Shown here: one piece after another, positions 35,308 through 44,170 of the stretch | Layout: each line of letters begins with the position of its first letter | Position numbering within the stretch: the first letter of the stretch is position 1 | DNA from: a bacterium | GTDB lineage: Bacteria; Elusimicrobiota; Elusimicrobia; Elusimicrobiales; UBA9959 | Reading direction: 5' to 3' | Assembly (NCBI GenBank): GCA_021811315.1 | Contig: JAJZPF010000010.1 | Coordinates: forward strand, 3,109 to 67,108 | DNA length: 64,000 nucleotides | Notes under the pieces: model-generated | Databases searched by the model: none | What the model saw: only the letters and a program-made list of their open reading frames with translations | What the model was told of the DNA's origin: nothing | Made by a program: the position numbers and the translations under genes

Positions 35308-36177
35308 CTGCTGCCTCGGGTCGAGCACGTCGCGGAAGGCGTCGCCGAGCAGGTTCCAGGCCAGCACGAAAAGGAAGATGGCCCCGCCGGGGATCAGCAG
35401 GGTATGCCAGTAGGCGAACGGGCTGCCGGCGCCGCCGAGGATCCAGTTGCGCGACATGGCCACCAGCTGGCCCCAGTCGGAGTAGCCCGCCGGGGCGCCG
35501 AGGCCGAGGAAGCTCAGGGCGGCGGCGGTGAGGACCACGCTGCCTATGTCCAGGCTGGCCACGACCACCACCGGGTAGATGGAGTTGGGCAGGATATGCC
35601 GCGTGAAGATCCAGAAGTCCCCCGCCCCCATCAGGCGGGAGGCGGTGACGTAATCCTGCTTTTTGACCGTGAGGATATCGCCGCGGAAAAGGCGGGCGTA
35701 GGCCGGCCAGGAGACCGCGGCGATAGCGAAGATGACTTTCTCTATCCCCGGGCCGAGCATCGCCACGATGACCACGGCCAGGACTATCCCGGGGAAGGCC
35801 AGGATTATATCGGTAAGCCGCATCGCCCCCTCGTCAGCCCAGCCGCCGTAATAGCCCGCGAGGCCGCCGATTATAAGGCCGGCGCCGAGGGCTACGAAAA
35901 TAACGGCCGCGCCGATCTTGAAAGCCGTGCGCGCGCCCCAGACCACGCCGTAGAACAGGTCGTACTGGGATTCCGTGGTCCCGAAGATCTTTCCGGCGGA
36001 AGGTCTCTGCGGCTCCGAGGAATAGCCGGACTGCGGCATCTGGTAAGGGTCCGAGCCCTGCGGCTTCGCGATAAAAGGCGCAAGCAGGGCCAGCAGCAGG
36101 AAAGCGGCTATCAGCCCCAGCCCGAAGATGGAGGCTTTGCTTTTCTTGAACCGCTTTATAGTTCTCTCGTCAAACAT
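35305..36177 (-). CDS. Peptide-type ABC transporter permease (OppC/DppC-like)
   Basis: BPD-transporter pattern with 6 TM segments; ASRLMGAGDFWIFTRHILPNS EAA-like loop. Confidence 0.85.
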   Translation of the reverse strand: MFDERTIKRFKKSKASIFGLGLIAAFLLLALLAPFIAKPQGSDPYQMPQSGYSSEPQRPSAGKIFGTTESQYDLFYGVVWGARTAFKIGAAVIFVALGAGLIIGGLAGYYGGWADEGAMRLTDIILAFPGIVLAVVIVAMLGPGIEKVIFAIAAVSWPAYARLFRGDILTVKKQDYVTASRLMGAGDFWIFTRHILPNSIYPVVVVASLDIGSVVLTAAALSFLGLGAPAGYSDWGQLVAMSRNWILGGAGSPFAYWHTLLIPGGAIFLFVLAWNLLGDAFRDVLDPRQQ

Positions 36178-36203
36178 GATAAATGATACTGCTGTTGATC
36201 CCA

Positions 36204-36334
36204 GGCCGCCGGCGGGACCGGGTTAGCAAAACCCTCTCGGAAGGCGAGGCTTGCGTAAGCGCCGAGCCTGAGAGCGGGAAGCGCGCGCACGGTGTGCGCG
36301 ACGCTGTTTTTGCGTTCCGGTCCCGTTGGCGGCC
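36204..36334 (-). other. Structured intergenic element between the two permease genes (closing stem plus at least two internal hairpins)
   Basis: 36204-36221 pairs with 36317-36334 at 16 of 18 positions; inner hairpins CGCGCAC-ggt-GTGCGCG (36284-36300) and CTCTC/AGGCT...AGCCT/GAGAG (36234-36274). Confidence 0.5.
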
Positions 36335-36350
36335 CGCAACCTGTGCCGGA

Positions 36351-37385
36351 CTATTCCCCATATCTTATTCTCGGGTCCATGACCGCGTAGAGCACGTCGG
36401 AGACGGTGTTCGCCAGCACGAAGAGCAGCGCGCTCATCAGCGAGAAGCCCATCACGCCGGCCAGGTCCAGCTGCTGCGCCGCCTTCACGCCCCAGCGCCC
36501 TATGCCGGGGAAATCGAAAACCGTTTCCGTTATCACCACGCCGCCCAGCAGCCTGACGAACTGCAGGCTGACGAGGGTTATCACGGGGATCATCGCGTTG
36601 CGGCGCACGTGCGCGGCGATGACGTAGCTTTCCCTGAGGCCCTTGGCGCGCGCCGTGCGCACATAGTCCTTGTTCAGCTCCTCCAGCATGGAGGTGCGCG
36701 TTATGCGGATCAGCATGGCCACGCTGCCGAAGCAGAGCACCGAGGCCGGCAATACCAGGTGCTTCACCGCGTCCCAGAAAACCGCCGGCTTGAAATTCAG
36801 CAGCGAGTCCACGGTGAGGAGCCCCGTATAGCTTTTGAAGGCGCCGGAGTGGATGAGCATGTCGGTCTCGAAGGAATACCTGCCCGGGCCCAGCACGCCC
36901 AGCCAGCCGTAAAAGAACATCAGCGCCAGGAGGCCGAAGACGAAAGTGGGCAGCGAATAGCCGGTGATGGCCAGCAGCCGGGTCAGCTGGTCCGGCCATT
37001 TGTCCTTTTTTACCGCGGAGATAGTGCCCAGCCTGGTCCCGATGAAGAAGATAGGTATGATGGCGAAAATGGTCAGCTCCAGCGTGGCGCTGAGGTAGGT
37101 CTTTATAGCGTCGGTGACCTTCATCCTGGCCGTCTCCGAATAGCCCAGGTCGCCCTTGAGCAGGCTCTTCAGCCAGGTCCCGTAGCGCACTACCAGCGGC
37201 GCGTCCAGCTTATGCTCCTTTATGAGTTCCTGCATCAGCTCCGGGGTCAGCTCGCGCTGGTCCTGGAGGTAGATGGAGGCGCGCATTTCCGGCGGCAGCA
37301 GGCCGGTGAGGGAGAACAGCAGGAAAGTGACGCCTAGCGCCACCAGCGGCAGCATCAGGGCCCTTTTAAGGAGGAACTTCCGCAT
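36351..37385 (-). CDS. Peptide-type ABC transporter permease (OppB/DppB-like)
   Basis: MRKFLLKRALMLP..., YVRTARAKGL EAA loop; ATGA overlap with the upstream regulator stop. Confidence 0.85.
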   Translation of the reverse strand: MRKFLLKRALMLPLVALGVTFLLFSLTGLLPPEMRASIYLQDQRELTPELMQELIKEHKLDAPLVVRYGTWLKSLLKGDLGYSETARMKVTDAIKTYLSATLELTIFAIIPIFFIGTRLGTISAVKKDKWPDQLTRLLAITGYSLPTFVFGLLALMFFYGWLGVLGPGRYSFETDMLIHSGAFKSYTGLLTVDSLLNFKPAVFWDAVKHLVLPASVLCFGSVAMLIRITRTSMLEELNKDYVRTARAKGLRESYVIAAHVRRNAMIPVITLVSLQFVRLLGGVVITETVFDFPGIGRWGVKAAQQLDLAGVMGFSLMSALLFVLANTVSDVLYAVMDPRIRYGE

Positions 37386-38377
37386 CAGCTTTTGTCTCCG
37401 TCCCGCATTTTCCGGTAAAGCTCGTCGAAGCGCGGGGTCAGTTTGATGAAGGCGGCCATTACTTCCGGGTCGAAGTGCTCCGGCTTCATCCGGTCGTCGC
37501 CTTTCGTGATTATGCCGACGGCGCCGTCGTGGTCGTAGTTAGGCTTGTAGACGCGGGAATTGCGCAGCGCGTCGTAGCAGTCGCAGATCGAAGTGATGCG
37601 CGCCTCCAGGGGGATCTCCGTGCCTTTGAGCCCGTTGGGGTAGCCGGTCCCGTCCCAGCGCTCGTGGTGGCAGAGCGCTATGCGCTTGCCGAATTCCAGG
37701 TGCGGGTGGTCGCCTATGATCATGGCCCCGAAGGTGGTGTGCTTCTTCATCTCCTCCATTTCCTCCGGGGTAAGGCGCCCTGCCTTCTTGAGGATATGGC
37801 TGGGGATATGCACCTTCCCCACGTCGTGCAGCGTGGCCTGGCTGCGTATCAGTTCGGTGAATTTCTCGCTCTGGTTCAGCTCGCGCGCCATCAGGCCGGC
37901 GTATTCCCCCACCCGCATGATATGGTTGCCCGTGTCTATGTCGTTGGCCTCGGCGGCGCGGGCCAGCGCCAGGATAAGGTATTCGAAGGCGCCCTCGTAT
38001 TCGGCCGAGCGCAGGATGTTCCCGACCCGTAAAAGCATTTCGGCCTGGTCGAAGGGCTTGGAGAGGAATTCCTCCGCCCCGGCCTCCATGCCTTTCATCT
38101 TGTTCTCTTTCGAGTCCAGCGAGGTGATCATGATCACCGGGATATGGGAGAGCTGCGGGTCGGATTTGATCTTTTTGCAGAGCTCGTGCCCGTTCATGAC
38201 CGGCATGTTGATGTCCAGCAGGACCAGGTCCACCGGTTTTTCGGCCAGCACCGCCAGCGCCTCGCGGCCGTTAAGGGCGGTCAGGGTTTCATAGCCGTGC
38301 GGGCGCAGCAGCGCCTCCAGCAGGTCCAGGTTGAAATCTTCGTCGTCCACGCAGAGTATGCGGTGTGAGCGTTTCAT
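37385..38377 (-). CDS. Response regulator receiver fused to an HD-GYP phosphohydrolase domain
   Basis: REC: ILCVDDEDFN...LLDINMP...K; HD-GYP: LHDVGKVHIP and HHERWDGTGYPNGL. Confidence 0.85.
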   Translation of the reverse strand: MKRSHRILCVDDEDFNLDLLEALLRPHGYETLTALNGREALAVLAEKPVDLVLLDINMPVMNGHELCKKIKSDPQLSHIPVIMITSLDSKENKMKGMEAGAEEFLSKPFDQAEMLLRVGNILRSAEYEGAFEYLILALARAAEANDIDTGNHIMRVGEYAGLMARELNQSEKFTELIRSQATLHDVGKVHIPSHILKKAGRLTPEEMEEMKKHTTFGAMIIGDHPHLEFGKRIALCHHERWDGTGYPNGLKGTEIPLEARITSICDCYDALRNSRVYKPNYDHDGAVGIITKGDDRMKPEHFDPEVMAAFIKLTPRFDELYRKMRDGDKS

Positions 38378-38396
38378 AAGGTGGAGCCTGGCCCCG

Positions 38397-38978
38397 TCAG
38401 GCCGCGGCTTTTTTGCAGGTAAAAAGGATATGGGAGGCGCCCAGTTCCGCGCCGGCCGGTTCCGTAAAGCCGGTTTTTTTCAGGAGCACCTGCATTTCGT
38501 CCTCGGACAGCCTCTCTTTCAGGGGCGGGCCCTTGGGCGTCTCTTTCTTTATCCATTCGATAATGGCCAGGCGCGCGCCGGGCTTAAGGGCTGCTCCGAC
38601 GGCGGCCAGGAAAGACCTTTTATCCTCGACTTCGTGGAGCGTATCGGAGATGAAGGCCATCGTGGCTTCGGTCTCCGGCATCTTCAGCTTTGCCTGCGGC
38701 GTCTGGAGCGTGTGGATATTGAAAATGCCCAGCGAAGCGACCTTGGACCGGATCTCGGCCAGCATCACGCCCGAGGCGTCCACGGCGTAGACGAGCCCCT
38801 TCGGGCCGACCATCCGGGCCGCGGGCAGCGAAAAATAGCCCGTGCCGCAGCCGATGTCGAAAAAAACGTCCCCCGGTTTTATCCCGGCTTTGACGAGGGT
38901 CTCTTCGGGCGGCATCTCCGCCCTGCGCTCCGGGCTGTCCAGTTTCGCTCTTTCTTCCGGGTCGAATATATGTGCCAT
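38397..38978 (-). CDS. Class I SAM-dependent methyltransferase
   Basis: VFFDIGCGTGYFSLPAA...VYAVDAS; start set at the ATG at 38978 because the ATG at 39005 lies in the heptamer repeat. Confidence 0.75.
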   Translation of the reverse strand: MAHIFDPEERAKLDSPERRAEMPPEETLVKAGIKPGDVFFDIGCGTGYFSLPAARMVGPKGLVYAVDASGVMLAEIRSKVASLGIFNIHTLQTPQAKLKMPETEATMAFISDTLHEVEDKRSFLAAVGAALKPGARLAIIEWIKKETPKGPPLKERLSEDEMQVLLKKTGFTEPAGAELGASHILFTCKKAAA

Positions 38979-38989
38979 AAGTTTTGAAT

Positions 38990-39011
38990 GATTCCCGATT
39001 CTCAATTCCCG
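38990..39011. repeat. Short heptamer array (GATTCCC GATTCTC AATTCCC)
   Basis: Read directly, between the peptidase stop (39013) and the methyltransferase start (38978). Confidence 0.6.
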
Positions 39012-39012
39012 C

Positions 39013-40182
39013 TTAATTCTTGCTGTCCCCCGCTTTGGTCCAGCCGGCTATCACTTTAAGGGTGAGGCGGGCGCAGCCGAAGAAGTCCTTGAGGTCCAGG
39101 TATTCGTGGGTGGTGTGGACGTCTCGCATGCCGGTCGACAGGATAGGGGCTTTTATGCCGTGGCCGTAGAGGATGTTGCCGTCGGTACCCCCGCCTGAGG
39201 CGGAAGGCTTCATTTTGAGGCCTTCTTCGCGCATGGCCGCGGCTATCAGGTGGAGGACCGGGTTGTTCTTGTCTATGCGCAGGTTCGGGAATTTGTTCTC
39301 TATGAGGAATTCGTAGCGCGGGGTTACGACCTTCCCGTCGGCCATGATCCTTATTTTTTTGACGGCTTTCTTCAGGCAGTCCTCCATGTGCTTGGTCTGC
39401 TTCCTGAGCTTGGCGGGGTCGTGGCTGCGGGCTTCCCCGGAGAGCTCCACGAGGGGCGGCACGATGTTGATCGCGTTTCCGCCCGAGATGAAGCCGATAT
39501 TGGCGGTGGTCTGGGAGTCTATGCGGCCCAGCTTCATTCCGGCTATGGCGCTGGAGACCACTTTGATGGCGGAGATGCCTTTTTCGGGCGCTACGCCGGA
39601 ATGGGCGGCGGCGCCGTAAACTTTTATCTCCATGCTGTCGGCGGCGGGGGCGCTGGTGATCACGTTCTCGAGGCCCTGCTCATTGTCGAAGATGAGGCCG
39701 TAGCGGGAGCGGAGCCTCGAATAATTCAGGTACTTGGCGCCCATCAGGGCCATCTCCTCGCTGATGGTGAAGACGGCTTCTATGGGCGGGTGCGGGATCT
39801 TGTTCTCGTCCAGGGTCTTTATGACCTCGAGGATTATGGCTATGCCGGCTTTGCAGTCGGCGCCGAGTATGGTGGTCCCGTCGGAGGTGATGCGGTCCCT
39901 GGTGACGTGCGGATGGACATTGTCGGCGGGGCCGACGGTGTCCATGTGGGCGGAGAGCAGGAAGGGTTCGCCGGGGGCGGTGCCGGGGAAGCGGGCTATG
40001 AGATTACCGGTTTCTCCTCCTATCTTGCGCCCGGCGTCGTCGATATCCACTTCGGCGCCCATGAATTTCAGGAGTATGGAGAGGCGGCGCGCTATGGCGC
40101 CCTCCTTCCCGGAGAGGGAGGTTATCTTAGCGAGGTCGCAGAACAGCTGCACCATCCGCTTTTCGTTTATGGCCGGTGTCAT
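39013..40182 (-). CDS. M20-family metallopeptidase (tripeptidase/PepT-like)
   Basis: LSAHMDTV, GADCKAGIA, FTISEEMALMGA, GGTDGN. Confidence 0.8.
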   Translation of the reverse strand: MTPAINEKRMVQLFCDLAKITSLSGKEGAIARRLSILLKFMGAEVDIDDAGRKIGGETGNLIARFPGTAPGEPFLLSAHMDTVGPADNVHPHVTRDRITSDGTTILGADCKAGIAIILEVIKTLDENKIPHPPIEAVFTISEEMALMGAKYLNYSRLRSRYGLIFDNEQGLENVITSAPAADSMEIKVYGAAAHSGVAPEKGISAIKVVSSAIAGMKLGRIDSQTTANIGFISGGNAINIVPPLVELSGEARSHDPAKLRKQTKHMEDCLKKAVKKIRIMADGKVVTPRYEFLIENKFPNLRIDKNNPVLHLIAAAMREEGLKMKPSASGGGTDGNILYGHGIKAPILSTGMRDVHTTHEYLDLKDFFGCARLTLKVIAGWTKAGDSKN

Positions 40183-40188
40183 ATGTCT

Positions 40189-40217
40189 ATTATTTAAATT
40201 TTAAAGCGCGTTTACAA
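40189..40217 (-). promoter_or_regulatory. Promoter TTGTAA-N17-AATAAT placed 6 nt before the ATG of the peptidase gene (leaderless-type arrangement)
   Basis: Minus strand reads TTGTAAacgcgctttaaaatttaAATAATagacatATG. Confidence 0.5.
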
Positions 40218-40274
40218 TGAAAATCACCATAAAGCGGCGCGGAAGCGCCGGAGAGATTTTGTACAATTTAGATT

Positions 40275-40982
40275 ATGAACACATGGAAAAAGCAGCTGGT
40301 TTTTATTTTTGCCGCGCTGGCGCTGGGCGCCTGCGCCCATAGGCAGCCTGCCGTCTCCGGGCAGCAGCCGGCTCAGCAGGTTTACTATGTAAATGCCGAG
40401 CCTTTTAAAAGCGTGCAGTTCGGCCCGCCCCCCGTTCCCGGTTCGATGCAGCAGGAGGCCGATATAGCCGCCGTCCTCTCCTGGCAGAACAAGCGCACCG
40501 AGGCCGACTGCGCCAAGTCGCAGCGCACCTCGGAAGAGACCTACGATTCTTTCTGGGCGGGCAAAAGCCCCTTTCCCGAGCCCCTGCCCGCCGAAGTCAA
40601 GAACTTCTTTGAGCGGCTGGCCTCGGACCTGGGGAAGGCCGACAGGAACATGAAAGAGCGCTACCGGCGCCCGCGCCCGTTCATGGCTTATCCCGAAGCC
40701 AGGCCCTGCATTAAAAAGCCTGGAAGCTTTTCCTACCCCAGCGGCCACGCTCTTTATTCGAGGTTGTTCGCGAGCGTCCTGGCCGACATAGTTCCGGACC
40801 GCGCCTCCGAATTCTTCGCGAAAGCGGACGAGATAGCCCGGGACCGCGTCATCGGCGGCGTGCATTACCCGGCCGACATAACCGCCGGCAAGGCTTTCGC
40901 CGACATGTACCACGACGAACTGCTCAAATCCGAAGCCTACCGCAGGGATATTGAAAAGATGAAGGCCCTGCTGGTCAAGTAA
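40275..40982 (+). CDS. Class A acid phosphatase / PAP2-family phosphatase, secreted
   Basis: KERYRRPRP, YPSGHA, DRVIGGVHYPADI (KX6RP, PSGH, SRX5HX3D-type motifs). Confidence 0.85.
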   Translation: MNTWKKQLVFIFAALALGACAHRQPAVSGQQPAQQVYYVNAEPFKSVQFGPPPVPGSMQQEADIAAVLSWQNKRTEADCAKSQRTSEETYDSFWAGKSPFPEPLPAEVKNFFERLASDLGKADRNMKERYRRPRPFMAYPEARPCIKKPGSFSYPSGHALYSRLFASVLADIVPDRASEFFAKADEIARDRVIGGVHYPADITAGKAFADMYHDELLKSEAYRRDIEKMKALLVK

Positions 40983-41002
40983 GGGCCGGCCCGAAACCGC
41001 GT

Positions 41003-41036
41003 AAAAAAGCCGGGGGCTTATGCTCCCGGCTTTTTT
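41003..41036. terminator. Bidirectional Rho-independent terminator between convergent genes
   Basis: AAAAAA-GCCGGGGGC-ttat-GCTCCCGGC-TTTTTT. Confidence 0.75.
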
Positions 41037-41051
41037 ACGCGCCCGCGGGCG

Positions 41052-42071
41052 CTATTCGGTCTTTGATCGCAGCTTCGCGTCCATGCGGCGGAGGACGGCG
41101 TAGGTCAAGGCGCCTATGACGACCATCCCCAGCACGAAAGCCGGATAGGAAATTTTCCAGTTGGCGGGGCCGGTCATCATGCTCCATTCCGACATCCCGC
41201 CTATCCCGGCCAGCAGGGTAAGGGGCATGAAAATAGTGGTAATGAAAGTCAGCCGCCTGACGGTAGTGTTGGTGCGGTTGGCGATCAGGCTCATCCGGTT
41301 GTTCACCATCGAGAGGTACATCTCGGTGAGGCTCAGTATGACCTCCCGGTAGATCTCCGCCTCCTCGTAATACTTGGTGACGTGGTCGTAGCTGTCCCTG
41401 AAATGGTAGACGGCTTTCTCCCCCACGAAAGGCGAGTCCCGCCGGCAGAGCTTGATGAGGATCTCCCTTTCGTAGAAAAGGCTCTTCCTCATGAGCAGGA
41501 TATTCTTCCTCAGGTGGACCAGCCGCGACATGCGGAAGCCGGAGAGGTCGGTGACGATGCTCTCCTCGGTCTCGTCCACTTCCGCTTCAAGCGCGGAAAT
41601 GGCTTTGTGCTTGCCGTCTATCACCTGGTTCATCAGGGCGTGCAGCAGGAAATCGGGGCCCTGCCCCAGGGTCCGGGGCTCCAGCTTGAAAACGGCGTCG
41701 ATGTCCTTGTCGTCCCAGTGCCCGGCTTTGCCCCTGCCGCCTACGGAGACCAGGAAATTGGCGCCGAGGATGAAGTCTATCTCCCCGGTTACGAGGACGC
41801 CGTCCTGGTACGAGTAGGAGTTGATCAGCACGAAGGTGCTTTTTTCGAAGTTGTCGATCTTCGGGACCTGCGCTTCGTCGAGGCAATCCGCTATCGACAG
41901 CGAGTGCACCCCCAGCTGCTCCACCAGAGGCTTCAGGTCTTCCGGGGAAGGGTTCCTGAAATCCAGCCAGGCGTAGCCGCCGCCGGGCGCGCTGCGCGCG
42001 GCTTCGGTGACCGAAGGCTCGGGCAGCCGCTCTCCGGCGGGGCTGATACGGTAGAACCTGTAGTTAGACAT
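41052..42071 (-). CDS. CorA-family divalent-cation transporter-like protein with GMS in place of the GMN signature
   Basis: Two C-terminal TM helices, FMPLTLLAGIGGMSEW at the position of YGMNF. Confidence 0.8.
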   Translation of the reverse strand: MSNYRFYRISPAGERLPEPSVTEAARSAPGGGYAWLDFRNPSPEDLKPLVEQLGVHSLSIADCLDEAQVPKIDNFEKSTFVLINSYSYQDGVLVTGEIDFILGANFLVSVGGRGKAGHWDDKDIDAVFKLEPRTLGQGPDFLLHALMNQVIDGKHKAISALEAEVDETEESIVTDLSGFRMSRLVHLRKNILLMRKSLFYEREILIKLCRRDSPFVGEKAVYHFRDSYDHVTKYYEEAEIYREVILSLTEMYLSMVNNRMSLIANRTNTTVRRLTFITTIFMPLTLLAGIGGMSEWSMMTGPANWKISYPAFVLGMVVIGALTYAVLRRMDAKLRSKTE

Positions 42072-42086
42072 GCTGGCCTTCCCGGG

Positions 42087-44138
42087 CTACCGCCCCTTTC
42101 CGCGGCCCCTGCCCCTGCTTCTTCCGCCTCCGCGTCCCTTGTTCCGCGCGACGCGGGCGAAGTTCAGCGGCGGCCGCTGCCTGCCTTTTCCGCCGCCGGC
42201 CTGGCGCGGCCCGTTCCCCTGGGGCTGCTGCCCTTGCGCCGCCTGGGGCGGGCGACCGCCTTCCAGCGAGAGGTCTATTTTCCCCTCCGCCGTATCCACT
42301 CCGGCTATCATCACTTTTATCTTCATGCCGGGTTTCAGGCCGTTCACGCGCAGCAGGCCCTCCGCCCCGGTGTCGCCGAGCATTATGAAAGCCCCGCTGT
42401 CTATGATCGTGGTGACCGCGCCGTCCATGATGGAACCCACAAGCTCTTTCATCATCTCCGCGCGCATGATGTCCACCGACTTATGCTCGGCGTCGGCGGC
42501 CGCCCGCTCCCGCTCGGAGCAGTGCACGCCGGCCTTGTCGAGAGGGAGGGCCGTATGGTTCTCCTTCGTGCCCGCGAGCAGCGCCTTTACGGCGCGGTGC
42601 GTCATCAGGTCCGGGTAGCGCCGTATGGGCGAAGTGAAATGCGAATAGAAGCGCGTCGCGATGCCGAAATGACCTTCCGACTCCGGCGAGTAGACCGCCT
42701 GGCGCATGCTGCGCACCATCAGCGAATTTATCAGCGTCGTCAGCGGGTGCCCCTCCGCCTGGCGGAGCACGTCCTGCAGGCCCTTAGCCGCGTTAGACCC
42801 TTCTATATGCCCCGCGGTAAGTCCCAGCTCCCCGAGCGCGATGGAAAGGTTCTTAAGCTTGAGAGGGTCCGGGTTGTCGTGCCTGCGGTGCAGGAAAGGC
42901 CTTTTCGCGGCGAAAAGCTCCGTGGCGACGGCCTCGTTGGCGAGCAGCATGAACTCCTCTATCAGGCGGTGGCTCTTGAGCCGCGGCCTGAGGCTGACGC
43001 CCAGCGGCCGGCCGTGGGGGTCGGCGTTGATCCTGTATTCCGGCAGGTTGAAGTCCAGCGCGCCGCGGGCGACGCGCCGTTTGTAAAGCACGTCGGTAAG
43101 GGCGCCCATCCTTTTGACGGCCTCGCCTATCGACTTGTGCACGTCCGGGACCTTGCCGCCTTCGAGCATGGTCTGGATCTCGTCGTAAGTGAAGCGCCGC
43201 CAGGAGCGGATGACCGTTTTCGCGAGGCGCCGCTTGACCACCTTGCCCGAAGAGTTTATGTCCATGAAAGCGGACATGGTCAGGCGTTCCTGCCGCGGGA
43301 CCAGGCTGCAGAGATTGTCCGACAGGGCCGGCGGCAGCATGGGCACCACGCGGTCAGGCAGGTAAACGCTGGTGGCGCGCGCGTAAGCCTCCGCGTCGAG
43401 CGCGGTGCCGGGCTTGACGTAATGCGCCACGTCGGCGATATGCACGCCCAGGCGCAGCATCCCGCCTCCGAGGTCTTCGAGGGAGACGGCGTCGTCGAAG
43501 TCTTTCGCGTCCGCCCCGTCTATGGTGCAGATGGGCAGGTCGATCAGGTTCTCCCTGTCCTCCCACTGCGCCGGCTCCAGGCGCGCGCCGAAGCTTTCGG
43601 CCTGCGCGACCACTTCCGGCGGGAAATTTTCTTTTATGCCGCGCGCGCGGAGTATGGAGTCGATCCTGGCGCGCATGTCGCCCGGATCTCCCAGTATTTC
43701 GTTCACCAGCCCGGCCGCGCCCGCGCCGGGGGCAGGCCAGCGGGTTACTTCAAGCACGGCGAAAGCGCCCTCGATCGGGACGATTTTAGGGGCGAAGCCG
43801 CTCACGATGGCCGGAGGCGCGTTGCCCTTTTCCGGGAACAGGACCCAGTTGTTATTGACGCGCTTGAGAATGCCCACCATCGAGGTGCGGGCGCGTTTCA
43901 CCACGGCGATGATCTCGCCGGCCAGGCGGCCGGTCTTCTCGGGCCGCACGCGCGCCTGCACGCGGTCCCCGTCCATGGCCAGGTCCAGGCCCCGGCCGCG
44001 GATGAAGACGTCCTCCACCCCGGGCTTCTCCGAGAGCAGGAAAGCGAAAGTGCCTTTGTGCTGTATTACGCCCTCGACGATAGCCTCATGTCCGCCTGCG
44101 GCGCCGCGGGTTTCTTTTTTCTTCCAATGTGGTCTCAT
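42087..44138 (-). CDS. rnr: Ribonuclease R
   Basis: N-terminal cold-shock-like region, RNB core (DGADAKDFDDAVS...), S1 domain, Arg/Gly-rich basic tail. Confidence 0.9.
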   Translation of the reverse strand: MRPHWKKKETRGAAGGHEAIVEGVIQHKGTFAFLLSEKPGVEDVFIRGRGLDLAMDGDRVQARVRPEKTGRLAGEIIAVVKRARTSMVGILKRVNNNWVLFPEKGNAPPAIVSGFAPKIVPIEGAFAVLEVTRWPAPGAGAAGLVNEILGDPGDMRARIDSILRARGIKENFPPEVVAQAESFGARLEPAQWEDRENLIDLPICTIDGADAKDFDDAVSLEDLGGGMLRLGVHIADVAHYVKPGTALDAEAYARATSVYLPDRVVPMLPPALSDNLCSLVPRQERLTMSAFMDINSSGKVVKRRLAKTVIRSWRRFTYDEIQTMLEGGKVPDVHKSIGEAVKRMGALTDVLYKRRVARGALDFNLPEYRINADPHGRPLGVSLRPRLKSHRLIEEFMLLANEAVATELFAAKRPFLHRRHDNPDPLKLKNLSIALGELGLTAGHIEGSNAAKGLQDVLRQAEGHPLTTLINSLMVRSMRQAVYSPESEGHFGIATRFYSHFTSPIRRYPDLMTHRAVKALLAGTKENHTALPLDKAGVHCSERERAAADAEHKSVDIMRAEMMKELVGSIMDGAVTTIIDSGAFIMLGDTGAEGLLRVNGLKPGMKIKVMIAGVDTAEGKIDLSLEGGRPPQAAQGQQPQGNGPRQAGGGKGRQRPPLNFARVARNKGRGGGRSRGRGRGKGR

Positions 44139-44170
44139 TTTTTCCTTAGATCTTTAGTTTCAATATTATA

